64,000 bases of DNA from Azolla caroliniana (lineage: Eukaryota > Plantae > Polypodiophyta): the NCBI GenBank assembly GCA_043228905.1, contig JBHGNT010000016.1:18724001-18788000 (forward strand). The letters run 5' to 3'. A program made the position numbers and the translations under genes. Positions 37,420 to 50,353 of the stretch are shown here, in pieces; position 1 is the first letter of the stretch; each line of letters starts with the position of its first letter. The notes below the pieces were generated by a model. It had not been told where the DNA came from and searched no databases. It was given only the letters and a program-made list of their open reading frames with translations.

Positions 37420-40024
37420 TGTTGGGAGACAGGTCCCTCCGGATGGGAAGAGAGAAGAACAATGCCGATGAACAGTGTTGGGAAACCGGATGAGGAGTAC
37501 CCGGCTATGGAGAGCCATATGACGCAGACCCGGTGAGAACCAGATGAGGAGTACCCGGCTACGGAGAGCAGACCCGGTGAGAACCAGATGAGGAGTACCC
37601 GGCTACGGAGAGCCAGATGGCGCAGACCCGGTGAGAACCGGATGAGGAGTACCCGGCTACAGAGAGCCGGATGGTGCAGACCCGGTGAGGAATGCCGAAA
37701 CCGGATGAAGAGACATATTCATAAATATGTTTCTGAGAGTCCATCGAGGCTACATTTGTAAATAGTCGAAAAGTCATATTAGTATAAATATGACTTAGGG
37801 CAAACTTTTATTTACTGTTGTTATTTTCTTGTTGGTGCAAGAAAAGAGAGAGCGCGTAACTGTGTACAGAGAGAGAGAGAGAGAAAGAGGTCGTTGCCTC
37901 AGTTGTAACCACCGCCTGTGGCGAAGATTATGAGCACGAGGTCGTAGCCCCCGTGAACTCACTATTGTACATTCTTACATAGTGATAGTTTGCAACCTGT
38001 GGGCTACCGTGGTTTTTTCCCTAGTTTGGGGTTTTCCACGTAAACCTCCTGTGTACTCTTCTCTTCTTTGTGTCGTGCTTTTATTTCCCGTTTTCTGTGT
38101 ATGATTCTAAGCTCGGTTGTGGCCGAGCCTTGCGTATAGGGAGCGTGCAGTTCCTGTCAAGTGGTATCAGAGCAAAACGACACAGAAAATGGACGAATCG
38201 TTTGGCGGCATGTTCAAGCTCACCGGCTCCAACTATTCAATGTGGAAGTCGAAGATGAGGGACATGCTCGTGGTTAAAGATCTTTGGTTACCAGTTCAGT
38301 TCGGGGATAAGAGACCGGACAAGATCGACGCCACAATATGGGAGGTGATGCACATGAAGACAATGGCGTACATACGGTGCTTCATCGACATGAGCCTATA
38401 CAACAACTTCAATGAAGAGAGCAAGGCTCATGAGCTCTGGGAGAAGATCGGCATAATGTTTCAAAACAAAAATGTTGTTAATCAGGTTTCGGTATTCCGG
38501 AAGCTAGTAAGACTCCGGTACCAAGATGGCTCCAGCATGGCGGAGCACATGAATGCCTTCCAAGGGCTGATCCACCAGGCAACTTCATTGGAAGTACCTC
38601 TCGCCGATGAGGTACTAGCGCTACTCCTGCTCGGTTCCCTCCCGGATAGCTGGGAGACGTTGGTTGTCACTTTGGGCAACGCCGGGCCGGAAGGAAAACG
38701 GTTATCCCTAGCAAGAGTAAAGTCGAGCTTGCTAGATGAGGAGGCGCGTCGGAAAGATAAAGATACGAGCTCCGACTCCAAAGCGCTCCTTACTGAATTG
38801 GAACGCGGAAGACATAGAAACCATAGTCCCCAAAATCGGGAGAAGTCGGGGACACGGTCAAAGTCAAGGGGGAGACCTACTTGCTTCTATTGCGGCAAGC
38901 CGGGACACTTCCAAAAGAACTATCGGCATTTCCGTAAAGACAAGGAAACCGACGGCACCGATTCGAACGGATACCGGACACCGGACCGGAACGGTAAAGA
39001 CCATAGGGGACCGGACCGGAAGGGAACGACGGCAATTGCGGCAAGTGAAGAGGAGTTTACGCTCATCACCGAGGAGAGTGAGATAAACCTTGCCGGTGAC
39101 GAGATGACTTGGGTGGTAGACTTCGGAGCTTCGTTCCACCTTACCCCGGACCGGAAATGCTTCTCATCCTACTCAGCCGGTGATCACGGCTGTGTCCGGA
39201 TGGGGAATGAAGGTACATGCCAAATTGTCGGCATAGGAGACGTGTGGTTGTCGACACCAACCGGATGCAAGTTGCTGCTGAAGGATGTCCGACACGTTCC
39301 GGAGGTTCAACTGAACCTGATATCAGCTGGTCGGCTAGATGATGAGGGCTACACGGGTAGCATCCGGAACGGTGTCATGAAGTTCAGCAAAGGGAGCCTG
39401 ATTGTGGCTCGGGCCCGGAAGGTAAACACACTGTACTTGATGAATGCCCGGTTATGTCCGGAAGAAGTGAACGTGGCATCCGACACTGCCGGTGAGCTGT
39501 GGCACAAGAGGTTGTGTCATATGAGCGAGAAGGGGATGAAGAAGCTTGCATACGACAACCTCATTCCAGTGAAGAATGTGCACTTGGAGAAGTGCACTGA
39601 TTGTTTGGCCTGTAAGCAAAACCGGACCTCCTTCCGACCAAGGCCACCGATGAGACGTAATGCACCACTGGAGTTGGTGTATACAGATGTGTGTCAAGTA
39701 GACACGAAGTCACATGCCGGAGCACAGTACTTCGTGACGTTCATAGATGACCACAACCGAAAGCTGTGGGCCACACCGTTGAAGACGAAGGATCAGGTGT
39801 TGTCCGTCTTCAAGGAGCTCCACGCGAGAGTGGAAAGAGAAACCGGCCGGAAGCTGAAGGCGGTTCGAGCAGATAACGGAGGAGAATACCGGGGGCAGTT
39901 CGAGGAGTATTGCCGCTCGAAGGGAATCCGGCTCGAATTTACCGTGCCAAAGACGCCGGAACTAAACGGACTGGCCGAGAGGATGAACCGGACCATAATG
40001 GAGAGGGTCCGGAGTATGCTAGAA
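37420..40024 (+). mobile_element. Ty1/copia family C element: 5' LTR 37420-38159, PBS 38162-38173, truncated in integrase
   Basis: TG..CA LTR with ~54-bp tandem repeats (37485-37710); TGGTATCAGAGC. Confidence 0.93.
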
Positions 40025-40069
40025 TGTCGTGTGAATCTTCACACACTATGTAAAAAAATAATGAAATAA
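38189..40069 (+). CDS. Copia C Gag-protease-integrase polyprotein (truncated; last ~15 aa come from adjacent sequence)
   Basis: Open frame MDESFGGMFKL..CFYCGKPGHF..WVVDFGASFH..LWHKRLCHMS..FIDDHNR..PELNGLAERMNRT. Confidence 0.9.
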   Translation: MDESFGGMFKLTGSNYSMWKSKMRDMLVVKDLWLPVQFGDKRPDKIDATIWEVMHMKTMAYIRCFIDMSLYNNFNEESKAHELWEKIGIMFQNKNVVNQVSVFRKLVRLRYQDGSSMAEHMNAFQGLIHQATSLEVPLADEVLALLLLGSLPDSWETLVVTLGNAGPEGKRLSLARVKSSLLDEEARRKDKDTSSDSKALLTELERGRHRNHSPQNREKSGTRSKSRGRPTCFYCGKPGHFQKNYRHFRKDKETDGTDSNGYRTPDRNGKDHRGPDRKGTTAIAASEEEFTLITEESEINLAGDEMTWVVDFGASFHLTPDRKCFSSYSAGDHGCVRMGNEGTCQIVGIGDVWLSTPTGCKLLLKDVRHVPEVQLNLISAGRLDDEGYTGSIRNGVMKFSKGSLIVARARKVNTLYLMNARLCPEEVNVASDTAGELWHKRLCHMSEKGMKKLAYDNLIPVKNVHLEKCTDCLACKQNRTSFRPRPPMRRNAPLELVYTDVCQVDTKSHAGAQYFVTFIDDHNRKLWATPLKTKDQVLSVFKELHARVERETGRKLKAVRADNGGEYRGQFEEYCRSKGIRLEFTVPKTPELNGLAERMNRTIMERVRSMLECRVNLHTLCKKIMK

Positions 40070-41368
40070 TTATTATAGATTAGATTAGTAGCTTACTATA
40101 GAAAGATGGATATACTCAAGAGCTTCAAAATGTATTTTACTATATACAAAATGGAGAAATACATACCAAGTTATGAGAAAATAAGGTTTGATTAGATAGG
40201 GAAATTAGAACTATCCCACATAGATAGGAAAGTTAAGGTCCTGGCTATATAAACACCTTGAGCTCCCTCATTTGTCATTTGTGCTAAGAGCACTTTGGCC
40301 ACTTTGTCTTGATGGATGATGGTGGCCAAATTCCTTAAAACCGGAAACTGGTCGGTAAGCAAACCCGGAAAAGGGGTCCGGTAAGCAAATCCAGAAACGG
40401 GCTGGTAAGCAAATCCGACAATCGGCCGGTATGCAATCCGAAAACTGGCCGGTATGCAAAACTGGAACCAGCCGACAAGCAAAACCGGAACCGGAATGGG
40501 TATGCAAATCGGTCGGTAAGTAAAATCGAAAATCGGCCGGTAAGCAAAACCGGAATCGGCCGGCAAGCAAAACCGGAACTGACAAGCAAACCGGAAACCG
40601 GCCGGTAAGCAAACCCAGAACCGGAACCGGCAAGCAAAACCGGAACCGGCAAGCAAATCGGAACCAGCCGGCAGGCAAAATGGAACCGGCTACCGGACGA
40701 GGTTGGACACGGACGGACGAAAGATTGGATCATGCAACAAACTAAAGTAAAGTGAAGAGAACTAAAGTAAAGGCCATGTGGACGCAAGCAACTAAAGAAG
40801 GGAGTGCATGGAAAAAGTAAAGGTCATGCGGACAGTCACATGCAACCAAAAGAAAAAGCTAGGCAACTAAAAGTAGAGGCCATGCAACAAAATGTGGAAA
40901 GGCTATTATCAAGGGGGAACTCCATATTTATTCCATTTTTTTTCCTACACTAGGATAGACTCTCCATATTATAAATTTTTCTTTTCTTTTCTTTGGGAGC
41001 TCTCTTATCTTATCGAAGCCAAGAACCCTAATCTTCCCTACGGAAGCTATCTCTCAAGTAAACCATAATTTCTATACGGAAGCAATCTCTCAAAATCCAA
41101 AATTCCTTGTCAAAGCCATATCACTCAAGAATCATAATCTCTTATTTCCTCTAATCTATTATTCTAATCATCTCCATAAGATAAAACTTTTGTAATCCCA
41201 ATCTTGGGATTGATTGTAATCTTTCTTTCCCTTTTATTAATGAAATTTGTTAATCTTGCTCATTTCGGTTAATTCTTAGTACATAAATACACGAATTTGA
41301 TATCCTCTAGACAAAGGCCCCGGGGTCTTGCCTCAACGTTCACGTATCCTCGTCGTATTTTCGCGACA
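40025..41368. mobile_element. Probable orphan LTR (1344 bp) with internal AACCGG/AAGCAAA repeat tract
   Basis: Termini TGTCGTG / CGCGACA; TATA-like motif near 40245; degenerate repeats 40338-40695; no TSD. Confidence 0.55.
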
Positions 41369-41939
41369 ACGGTGAAAGTGAAAGATATCCAATTTGATTT
41401 GAGGCAAAGGTGCTTAATGGATGACAACGAAGGTATGCACAAGCAAACCGAGAGTTTTGTTCATTGCCATAAAGACTGATAAGGACCACTCAATTGACAT
41501 TGAAGTACGAATCTTGGGATTATTGTGTTGTTTCTGTTGAAAGCACTTCTATAGATAGATGGAACTTTTCCTCCCATCGATAATGTTGGCCTAGGATTCA
41601 GACAAGTGTATACCCTTTTGGTGGTGAATCCGATAGAGGTAGTTTTCAAGTAGCTCTAAGCTACTAGCTTACATAGTGTTATAGGATTAATGTGAATCTC
41701 TCTTTTACACTCTCTTGTACGCTTAAACATAGAAGTTAAAATGAAGACAATATATTATTACCACCACTCTTAGTACAAAGAGTTCTAGCACCAACAAGAG
41801 AGAGATATAAGTGTTTTATTTACTAATCACTATCACTAATCTCTCTTAGCTATTAATTACAAATACGGAGATAGAAGAGGAGGCTTAAAGTTTTAATCAC
41901 TAGGAGCAACTCTTAAGATTGAGCCACTAATGCGTTTTT

Positions 41940-42650
41940 AGTTTAGAGAGAGCCATACCATACATTGTGAAAATGCTCTACAAAGAAGTCTTCTACCTTG
42001 TGGTTGTCCAAATAGATCTATTTCGACCATTTGGGGTAGATATTTCCTCGTGTCAAAACCCAGGAAGCTTGAGGGTATTCTAGGATATCTGTATTGGGAT
42101 TGGCTCAAGGCCATATGTGTGGGTCTAAACCAAGCTCATCTAAAGGTACTCTTGATGCAAAAGTATCTTTAAGACCTACAAGATGCTTCCAAAGGGAGTC
42201 ACCTATTTTTTTAAATATATGCATATGATTTAATAAATGATGTTCTATAAATCCTTCCAATTACTCTAGTGTGAACCATATGGACATGTTGGGTTCCATC
42301 CCACTTGTTTGATACACATTTACAACGATCATCATCATCCTAGCTAATAATCTCCACATTCACATTAATTAGAGGTTCAACAATCCACTTCTTATACAAA
42401 ATTTGTGGGCTATTGTCAAACTAGTGGTCTTCCTCATTTGATTATCCCATCAAAATGGTGTGTTATCTTTTTACTACGTAAAGGGCGATCTTTAGGCAAA
42501 ATTTGTGTGTAAGCTACCCATTTTTGTTTTAAGATTTACAATAGGTTGATCTCAACCAATCACCAGACCATGGGGCATGCCTTATAGCCTTTTGTCTAAA
42601 GAACTTGAAAAAACCCATATCCAACATTGTCATGAGTAGTCCATGAACTT
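41940..42650 (-). pseudogene. Decayed CACTA (En/Spm) Tnp2/TnpD transposase remnant
   Basis: Minus strand gives WTTHDNVGYGF..TKGYKACP (about 42570-42645) and HHLLNHMHIFK (about 42205-42245), resembling Tnp2 motifs WTIHDFPAYG..KGYKACP and HNLDVMHIEKN. Confidence 0.65.
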
Positions 42651-43114
42651 GAATCCCCAAGTCAAGAAGAAGAAGGTGTGGGGGTGTCTAAACTAAGTTT
42701 GGAGCATGCTAGGGTTCTAGGGAAAAGATTTGTCACTTTGAAGTCCAGAAAAATGTAGTCCATACTTCTATAAATCTTCGTGTCGAAAAGATAAACGATC
42801 GATTGATAATGGAGGGCGTAGATTCAATCATCTAAGAAATAGTGAACCGAAGCAGGAGAGGACATTGCAAGAAAGCAATCAACACTTTGATACATATTTC
42901 CAATTGCTGAAAGGGAAGAGAACTCTCTACAGATCTATCAAGCATAAACATAAGTTGTTGAGATGCTAAGCAATGTTAGTCCCAACACCGACCACTTTGA
43001 TGGAAGGGGTTTGTGCTGGGTGCTGTCGAGGAGCAAACAATCGATACATACAAGAACAAACGTTGTGGCGCTAAAAGGAGAAATGGCTAGTGGGCGATGT
43101 CTAGAGTTGGTCGA

Positions 43115-43718
43115 ATGAGGTGAGGTGAGGTGAGGTCAAGTCAAGTCAAGAAAAGATAGGTTAGACCAGGTTAAGTTAGGTCAGATGAAGTGAGGTCAAG
43201 TCAAGTCAAGACAGGTTAGGTAAGGTGAGGTTAAGTCAAGTAAGGTTAGGTCATGTAAAGGTTAAGTTACGTAAGATGAGGTCAAGTCAAGTCAAGTCAA
43301 GTTATAGGTTAGATGAGGTGAGGTCAAAGGCAAGTCAAGTTAGGTCCGACCAAGTTAAGTTAGGTTAGATCACAAGGCTCTCTTCCAAGTTGAATGAGGT
43401 GAGGTCAAGTAAAGTAAAGTCAAGTTAGGTTAGACTAAGTTAAGTTAGGTCAGATGAAGTGAGGTCAAGTCAAGTCAAGTCAAGTTAGGTTAGACCAAGT
43501 TAAGTTAGATAAGATGAAGTGAGGCCAAGTCAAGTCAAGTGAAGTCAGGTTAGACCAAGTTAAGTTAGGTAAGATGAAGTGAGGCCAAGTCAGGTCAGGT
43601 CAAGGTAAGTTAGGTCAGATGAAGTAAGGTCAAGTAAAGTCAAGTTAGGTCAAGGCCACATTAAGTTAGGTCAGATCACAAGACTCTCTTCCAAGTTGAA
43701 TGAATAAGTTAGGTTAGG
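43115..43718. repeat. Degenerate pentamer satellite (AAGTC/AGGTT/AGGTG) with higher-order structure
   Basis: 5-bp period; ~55-bp blocks; AGATCACAAG.CTCTCTTCCAAGTTGAATGA at about 43367 and 43673. Confidence 0.9.
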
Positions 43719-43898
43719 GATTTACTTAGTTCCTCTTCTTCTTCTTCTTCTTCTTCTTCTTCTTCTTGACTTGGGCTTCAAGTTCTCCATCCAAACAAAA
43801 TCGCCCACATCTCTCTCTCTCTCTCTCTCTCTCTTTTCATTTAAGCTGCTTTTTTGTTTCTTTTCTTTGCTCTTCTCTGTCTCTCTGTGTAGCTAGCT

Positions 43899-46800
43899 AT
43901 GGCGATGAAAGAAGGAGACGACGACAGAGCTGCCTCTTTACCTTTTAACCCTACTCACCCTCACGACACCCTTCAATATGGTCTTTCTTCCTTCAAGCAA
44001 GAAGCTCTTCCTGTGCACCCTCTTCAAGCTCTGCAAGCTACGGTGAGCGGTCCTTTCTGTAACCCTAATTTGTTTTTGCGGACGATTCTTTCTGAAGCAG
44101 TAAAGTCGATCGTAAGTATCTGTAAGAACGCAAGGGTTTCTTCGCTGTCGGGTCCATGAAGACCGAAACTTTGAAAGATCTCCCAGACATCAGAAACTTC
44201 AAGATCTCTAAGAAATCAGGGTTTTAAAGATCTCCAAGAAATTAGAGTTTGATTGCAACGAGGTTTGAAAATTAAAGTTATCCAAAAATGTAGAGTTTCG
44301 TAGAAAGATCTGCGGAGCCCTAGAATATTAAAGTTCAAGATCTCTATATAATTAGGGTTTCCATTGATATCTGGAAGGCCAATGAATCTCCAGTGTATTA
44401 AACAGACCTTGACTGATCGGTAGTGTTCATGAGGGCCCATTTTAAAATGTCCAAGAAATTAGGGTTTCAGAAATCCTAATGATATGGCCATGAAGCCCTG
44501 GAATATCTTAGGAATGAGGGTTTTGAGGATAGCAATAAGACTCATGAAACCCTGCAATGCTAAAGACCTCTTAAAAATTAGGGCTGTGTTGATACTAGCC
44601 AGGCTCATGAAGCCCTGCAGTATTAAAATCTCTAAGAAATGAGGATTTCGTAAATAGCAGTAAGGCTCATGAAACCCTACAACATCAAAGAAGTTATGGT
44701 TGCATTGATAGCGAGCTGGGGCCACTACAGAGAGAAACTTCTGTCTTTTCCTATAACACTTTGTTCTACCTTAAAAAGAAGGCATAGTGTGTATCTTTGC
44801 ATTTTGTCCCACCTCAAATGGCCCCATTCTTCCACTCCTTTTTAGTTCATTATAAGCTCGTAAAAACACTTTTGTGGTTTTTAATGTATATTTCACCGAA
44901 GTCCTTTCAATCAAATTCTTGAAGTTAGTGTGTTTATCAGCTCGTCTCTTAAATCAACACGCTTCAATTGATTTTTATGTGGATATTCTTCGGTCACTGA
45001 ATGTTATTTCCTATAGGTTGCATTCAATCTTAGAAGGATTGGAGCATTCACCTGTGCGTTGTGGTGAGACATCCCCTGTTTCACATTTTCAAATGCCTCA
45101 AAGAACTTACCAATGTTTATGAGTGAAATGGTGAAGTCAATTAAAAATACTTGTCAGGGTATGATGTTGATGAATTCTTTGCAAATTTAAATTTCCAAAT
45201 CATTATTTGGAGGTCAGAACAAGATTGAGACTTTGCGACAGCCAAAAGTTGATTTTTTTTTTTTTCTATTTTCTAGTGGGAAATGGCACAAATATGATTC
45301 GAGTCAGAACAAGATTGAGACTTTGTGACAGCCAAAAGTTGATTTTTTTTTCTATTTTCTAGTGAGAAATGGCACAAATATGATTCGAGTCAGAACAAGA
45401 TTGAGAACTTTGCGACAGACAAAAGTTGAATTTTTGTTTCTATTTTCTTTCGAGAAAATGGCACAAATATGATTCGAGAACAATGTGTAAAGAGAATACA
45501 CATGTTATTGTTGAAAATAATAGAGATATCAACTATGAGGAGATAAAATTGTTATTTTGCAAACAGTTTTTGCCCTCTGAGTTTCACTTGGATAGGTTAT
45601 GGAATGTTGCGTCTCCTATATAGACAGATAAATTTCCTTATGTAATAAGAGTGAACAAATTTATCAAGTCTCTGCAGAGAGAGATTTGATAGAAAGTGAT
45701 AATGATGTGAATCAATCCATCCAAGCCAGCATAAAAGAAGTGGAGCATAAGTAAGCTACAATAGGAGTTGACACAACAAGAATTGCATACATTCCTTTGT
45801 CCAATGGTGGCATGTTTGGAGGTGACCCCTCATCGTTGATGACCCTGTCATAATTGCACTCTTCCAATTCAAAGATGTTCCGGTGCATAAATTACCACCA
45901 TTCAAGTTGCCAAAAAATCTTATCGAAAGATTATTTGACCTCTCTTAACCTAGTTCATCAAGGAAGGATCATAGACAACTGGAATTAAAGGCCATTCAAA
46001 GGACATGTATGCTATCATTGCCTTCAATTAGGTGTATTGTGTATGTGTGTGCCAAACGAGAAGAAGAACCCGGAATGTGGACATACACACAGTCGTGGTT
46101 GGGTGTGCTTGAAGCCATATGTTTTGGTGCTTCTGCAAAATGTTATTTGATATAAGAATCAACTGTCATGAGTCATACGTGGAAGAGTATGAAGATGCAA
46201 TTGACATATTATTAAGGTCGCTAAGCTGAATCATATGTTGAACTAAATTTGAGGGACGTTTAGAAAAGATGTAACAAATATAAAAACGAGAATTCCAAAA
46301 TCTCAAAGGGAGAAAGTTCCGAAGTTTGAGAAAGAAAGACAGACAGACAGAATTCTGAAATTCAGAATGCTGCAAATTCAGGAAGTATGGGATTCTGTAT
46401 ATATTCAGAATCTTCTGACAGATTGAGAGTTGGAACATGAAAATGTTGAAGCTTCAGCAGAGAATTTGGAAGGGGAAAGTGGTGGGGCAAACCCAATGAT
46501 AAGGAGGTCAGTTTTAATAAAGTAGTATAGACATATATGAAACTATGGTATCATGTGTGTTCTCATGTTTCTGAAATATATATGCAAAACAAATCTGACA
46601 CATCTAAAACATTTATGTCATGAACCATGGAACTGGTTTATGAAACTTCAAGGAAGTTGTCACTATGTTGCCGGTGCACCTTTGAGATGGACTTCAAAAC
46701 TGTTTCATAACTTATCCCTTCTCTGCCGATCCGAGAGATAGGCTCGTAGAGTGAACTCTTTTGTATGACGATCTATTTGTATCTCATCAAAGGTTTGTCC

Positions 46801-48721
46801 AGTCATCTTGAGTATCTGTTGGATCACTTTTGGCAAGCGACACTTTAGTTGAGTATTTGCAAGTTTGGTTGTCTGGCTGTCTGTATTTCTGCAATGCTGC
46901 TATTGGCATTTATTCTTGAGCTATCTCTTCACATTGTGACTCTAAACTGTAGAGGCTAAACATTAAATTCTAAACTTTAAGCCCTATCTGCTTTTTCCAC
47001 TTGAAATCATCTTTGGCCTGCTTCTACAGCTGTGGCCATGTTTATTCAGTGCTCAGGAATATATGCAGAAAACAGTTTGTGTGGGGTTGGACAGGATGGA
47101 CTTTCAAATTTGGAATCATTCTTTGAATACTGAGTGACCATAGCTATCCAGACTGCATGTGTTTGTTGCTGTACGTTTGGCTACATGTGATTCTGATTTG
47201 CTCAGCAGCATGTAGAATCCTTGCAGTCAGTTTTTATCAATAGAGAATAGATGAATGAGTTGATCGAGGCTAACCATTGTTTCCTTCTAGCCTAGCACAC
47301 GAGGAATGATTATGTTGATGTCACCAAATTAAGTGAAAGACGGGATACTAGAGAGGCTGAAGCAGGATAATCTGTATTTAGCGCATAAGTGAGTTATATA
47401 AGATGCATTATCATATCATAACATAGTGGAAATGGTTTCTTGAAAATGTATTTATCCTCAAACAGAAGGCTGCTTTCTTGAAAATGCTTTTGAGATCTCA
47501 AGAGTTAACATATCATGAGTAGCATTTCTTTGTTGGCTTCACTAAGAATGCTATCAGAATCTGGTTTAGAAAGTCATTCAATCATCTACATTTTGATGTT
47601 TATCATGGTGAAAAAGGTATTGGAATTGTGCATACTAGTTTTTTCATAGGACATGCAGTATTGTTTAGTTTGAGAAATTTGCGATCACCCCCTTGGACCC
47701 CCTTGGAGGTTTGCACTCATGATATTTTATCCCGCTAGAAATTTGTTGGAGGTGAAAACGTGGGATAAAATATCATTAGTATGAAGTTGATTTCGTTGTT
47801 TGTTTCATTGAATGCTGTCAGAAATTGGGATTGGCAGTCATTTATTTAGCTCCATTTTGATGGTTACAATGGTGAAAAAAAGTATTGCAAGTGTACATAT
47901 TAGTCAAATAAAATTTAACTAAGTATTTGTGTAGATAATCTATTTTTTGAGTAAAGAAAAATAAATTTGCACTCAGTATTCTTGTAGATTGCCTTGTTAT
48001 AATGAAACAAATTAAATTAAGCATTCCTCTCATAACTGTGTGCTGGTTGATACTGAAGATTGACAAGCAACATCGGCAAACAAAGAGATCATTGTTAGAG
48101 AAGGTTTATGGCTCAGCAGTTCCTATGCGGATGGATATTGATAAACAAATACTGTCAAGGTAACAAACTTTATGTTACTAAACTCGAAGAGCACTTTAAA
48201 TGTTCTTTCAAGGTATTATGAAGTTTTGACCTAAATGTAGTCATATAGATGTTATAAAATGAATCCACTAGCTCATGGATTATGGTCTGGACATAGAACT
48301 AGGGCTTATTACCTTATTGTGCTATGCCCATACCATAACTATCAATACTTGGATGACCAAATAGCTATCTTTGAACTAATGGATCTAGATAAAGGTGTCC
48401 AATAAGGTATGATATGTTTATACCTATGCTCATACAGGTTTCAACGTCCTCCGGGTTTGCCGTCGTCGATGTTAGGTTTGGAGTCGTTGACGGGAGAATT
48501 AGATGAATTCGGCTTTGAAGATTATCTCAATGGTAAGTATTCCATTTGAAAGAGAGTAGCAGTTTAACTTCTTGTTCTGGTTAATTAATCAAATTGGTTA
48601 TGTATTTCTTTGTGATACAGATCCTCGAGATTCTGAATCAATTGCTCGTGTCGATATGCATAGTGTGATTGAAATCCGCCTTGGTATGTCACGTGGACCA
48701 GCTGCACAGGCTCTTCTGTAG
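43899..48721 (+). CDS. UMP1: Proteasome maturation factor UMP1/POMP family; exons 43899-44042, 48059-48159, 48438-48532, 48621-48721 (146 aa)
   Basis: GT-AG introns in phase; HDTLQYGL..HPLQ, YGSAVPMRMDIDKQILSRFQRPPGLPSSMLGLESLTGELDEFGFEDYLNDP..DMHSVIEIRLG. Confidence 0.92.
45213..45478. repeat. Three tandem ~88-bp units in UMP1 intron 1
   Basis: GTCAGAACAAGATTGAGA starts at 45213, 45303 and 45389. Confidence 0.9.
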
Positions 48722-50304
48722 ATGATTGTGTGGTCATGATTCATAATTCCAATGTGAACCGTTCCCTACAGAAAGTAACTCGTTTGTCTCATCAAACTAT
48801 TAAAATTGTGTCCATTGGAATTGTCTCTATACCTTAGTGTGAGCAAAATTTGTTTTAAAAAGTAAAATGAATATGTGCATTGTGGACTCTTCTTTTAGGA
48901 GGGAATGTTGAACACTTTTTAGAATATCATCTCATAATTATGTCACGTTTAACTAGGTTTAGTAGAATTGTTTGCTTATAATCTAAAGCTAATAATGAAT
49001 CTATGAAACCATGGAAGTAGGGATTGTCGGAGCATCTAATCAGTCAATATCATCTACTTTTAAATCTCTGCTTGTATCAGATTTTTTTTCTAGTTTATGA
49101 TTTATATTTAGACATTTGAGAATCGGTCACAGAGATGAACGGCGATAATTTTACTAAGAGTTTGGGGGATTTAAATTCTTGAATGACATTTGTTCTCCAC
49201 AAATAGAACAGATTTTTTATCTTCCATGAGGCCAAATTTGCCCTACGGAACCATGTAAACATATCCAAGAAGGGGTGTTACTATGCAATATAAACACAGA
49301 TATCTGACCGCGTTCTTAGTGAGGATTTGAGTATGACACTTAAATTATTATGTCATCGTACTTCTTCTGAATGCTTGGATCAATTGGGCTGGAGCATTGT
49401 ACAGTTGTCAATATCCACTACTGTCAACTTTGAAAAGTGTGAGTTCTTCGTGTCACAGGTTTAGATAATTTGGTTTATTGTCACATTCTGTCATATTCTT
49501 GGGAACCACCTCACAATACAAATGGAGTTCCAAGGGTTTTCTAGACTTTGTTAGCTTCTCCAAGATTGTGGCACTGTTGACCCAATCGACATGTAAGGAA
49601 GTGCCTTTTGTGTTAAATTGTAGTGTATATATGGTAATGACCACACAAATTAACAGAAGGGTTATCCTCCATATACTTGTGTTCAACATTCCACATTCAT
49701 CTTTTATTGCAGCAAGTTATCCATTGATCCTAACATTTGCGATGGTAGGGAAGATTTTAGGGTTTTGTAAAGGATTTAGGGTTGAGCAAAAAATTTAGAG
49801 TATTTGCAGAAAGTTTACTTACTGATTTTGTTACATCTTGACAATTTGACCATTTGACATTATTCTCATTGCTGCTCCACCATTTTTTGTTATTGATGTT
49901 GCAACATTTCTTGTTGTAGAGAGAATCACGCTTAACAATTGGTCTTTTAGCCTTTTGATCAACCTTTAAACTCCTTTACAAGTCTCGACTCAAACTTTAG
50001 GTCTCGATCAACTTTCAAACCTCAATTGACCTTTAGGTCTCATTGATATTTAGAGCTTGATTGATCTTTGTAGGTCTCCATCAACCGAAGTGTTGACTTC
50101 AACCTTTAGTTCTCCATTGACCTTTTGGGGCTTGACATGACCTTTGATCTCAAATCCATTCTTATATCGTGCTTTGGCTTAGCTTTGAGGTTTCACCATC
50201 CTCACTCTGGAGAACGCAATCAATGCAAAAGTTTTGCTTACTATGGATAGTTTCCAACCAACTTCTTGACTTTGGAGCTTTCCATCATGTCACTCAATTT
50301 TGAT

Positions 50305-50353
50305 CCCTAAAACCCTAAAACCCTAAAACCCTAAACCCTAAACCCTAAACCCT
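50305..50353. repeat. Interstitial telomere-like tract (CCCTAAAA)3(CCCTAAA)3
   Basis: Read directly. Confidence 0.9.

Noticed and set aside
40192-40787. Three overlapping 136-154 aa minus-strand ORFs
   Set aside because: By-products of a stop-poor low-complexity repeat
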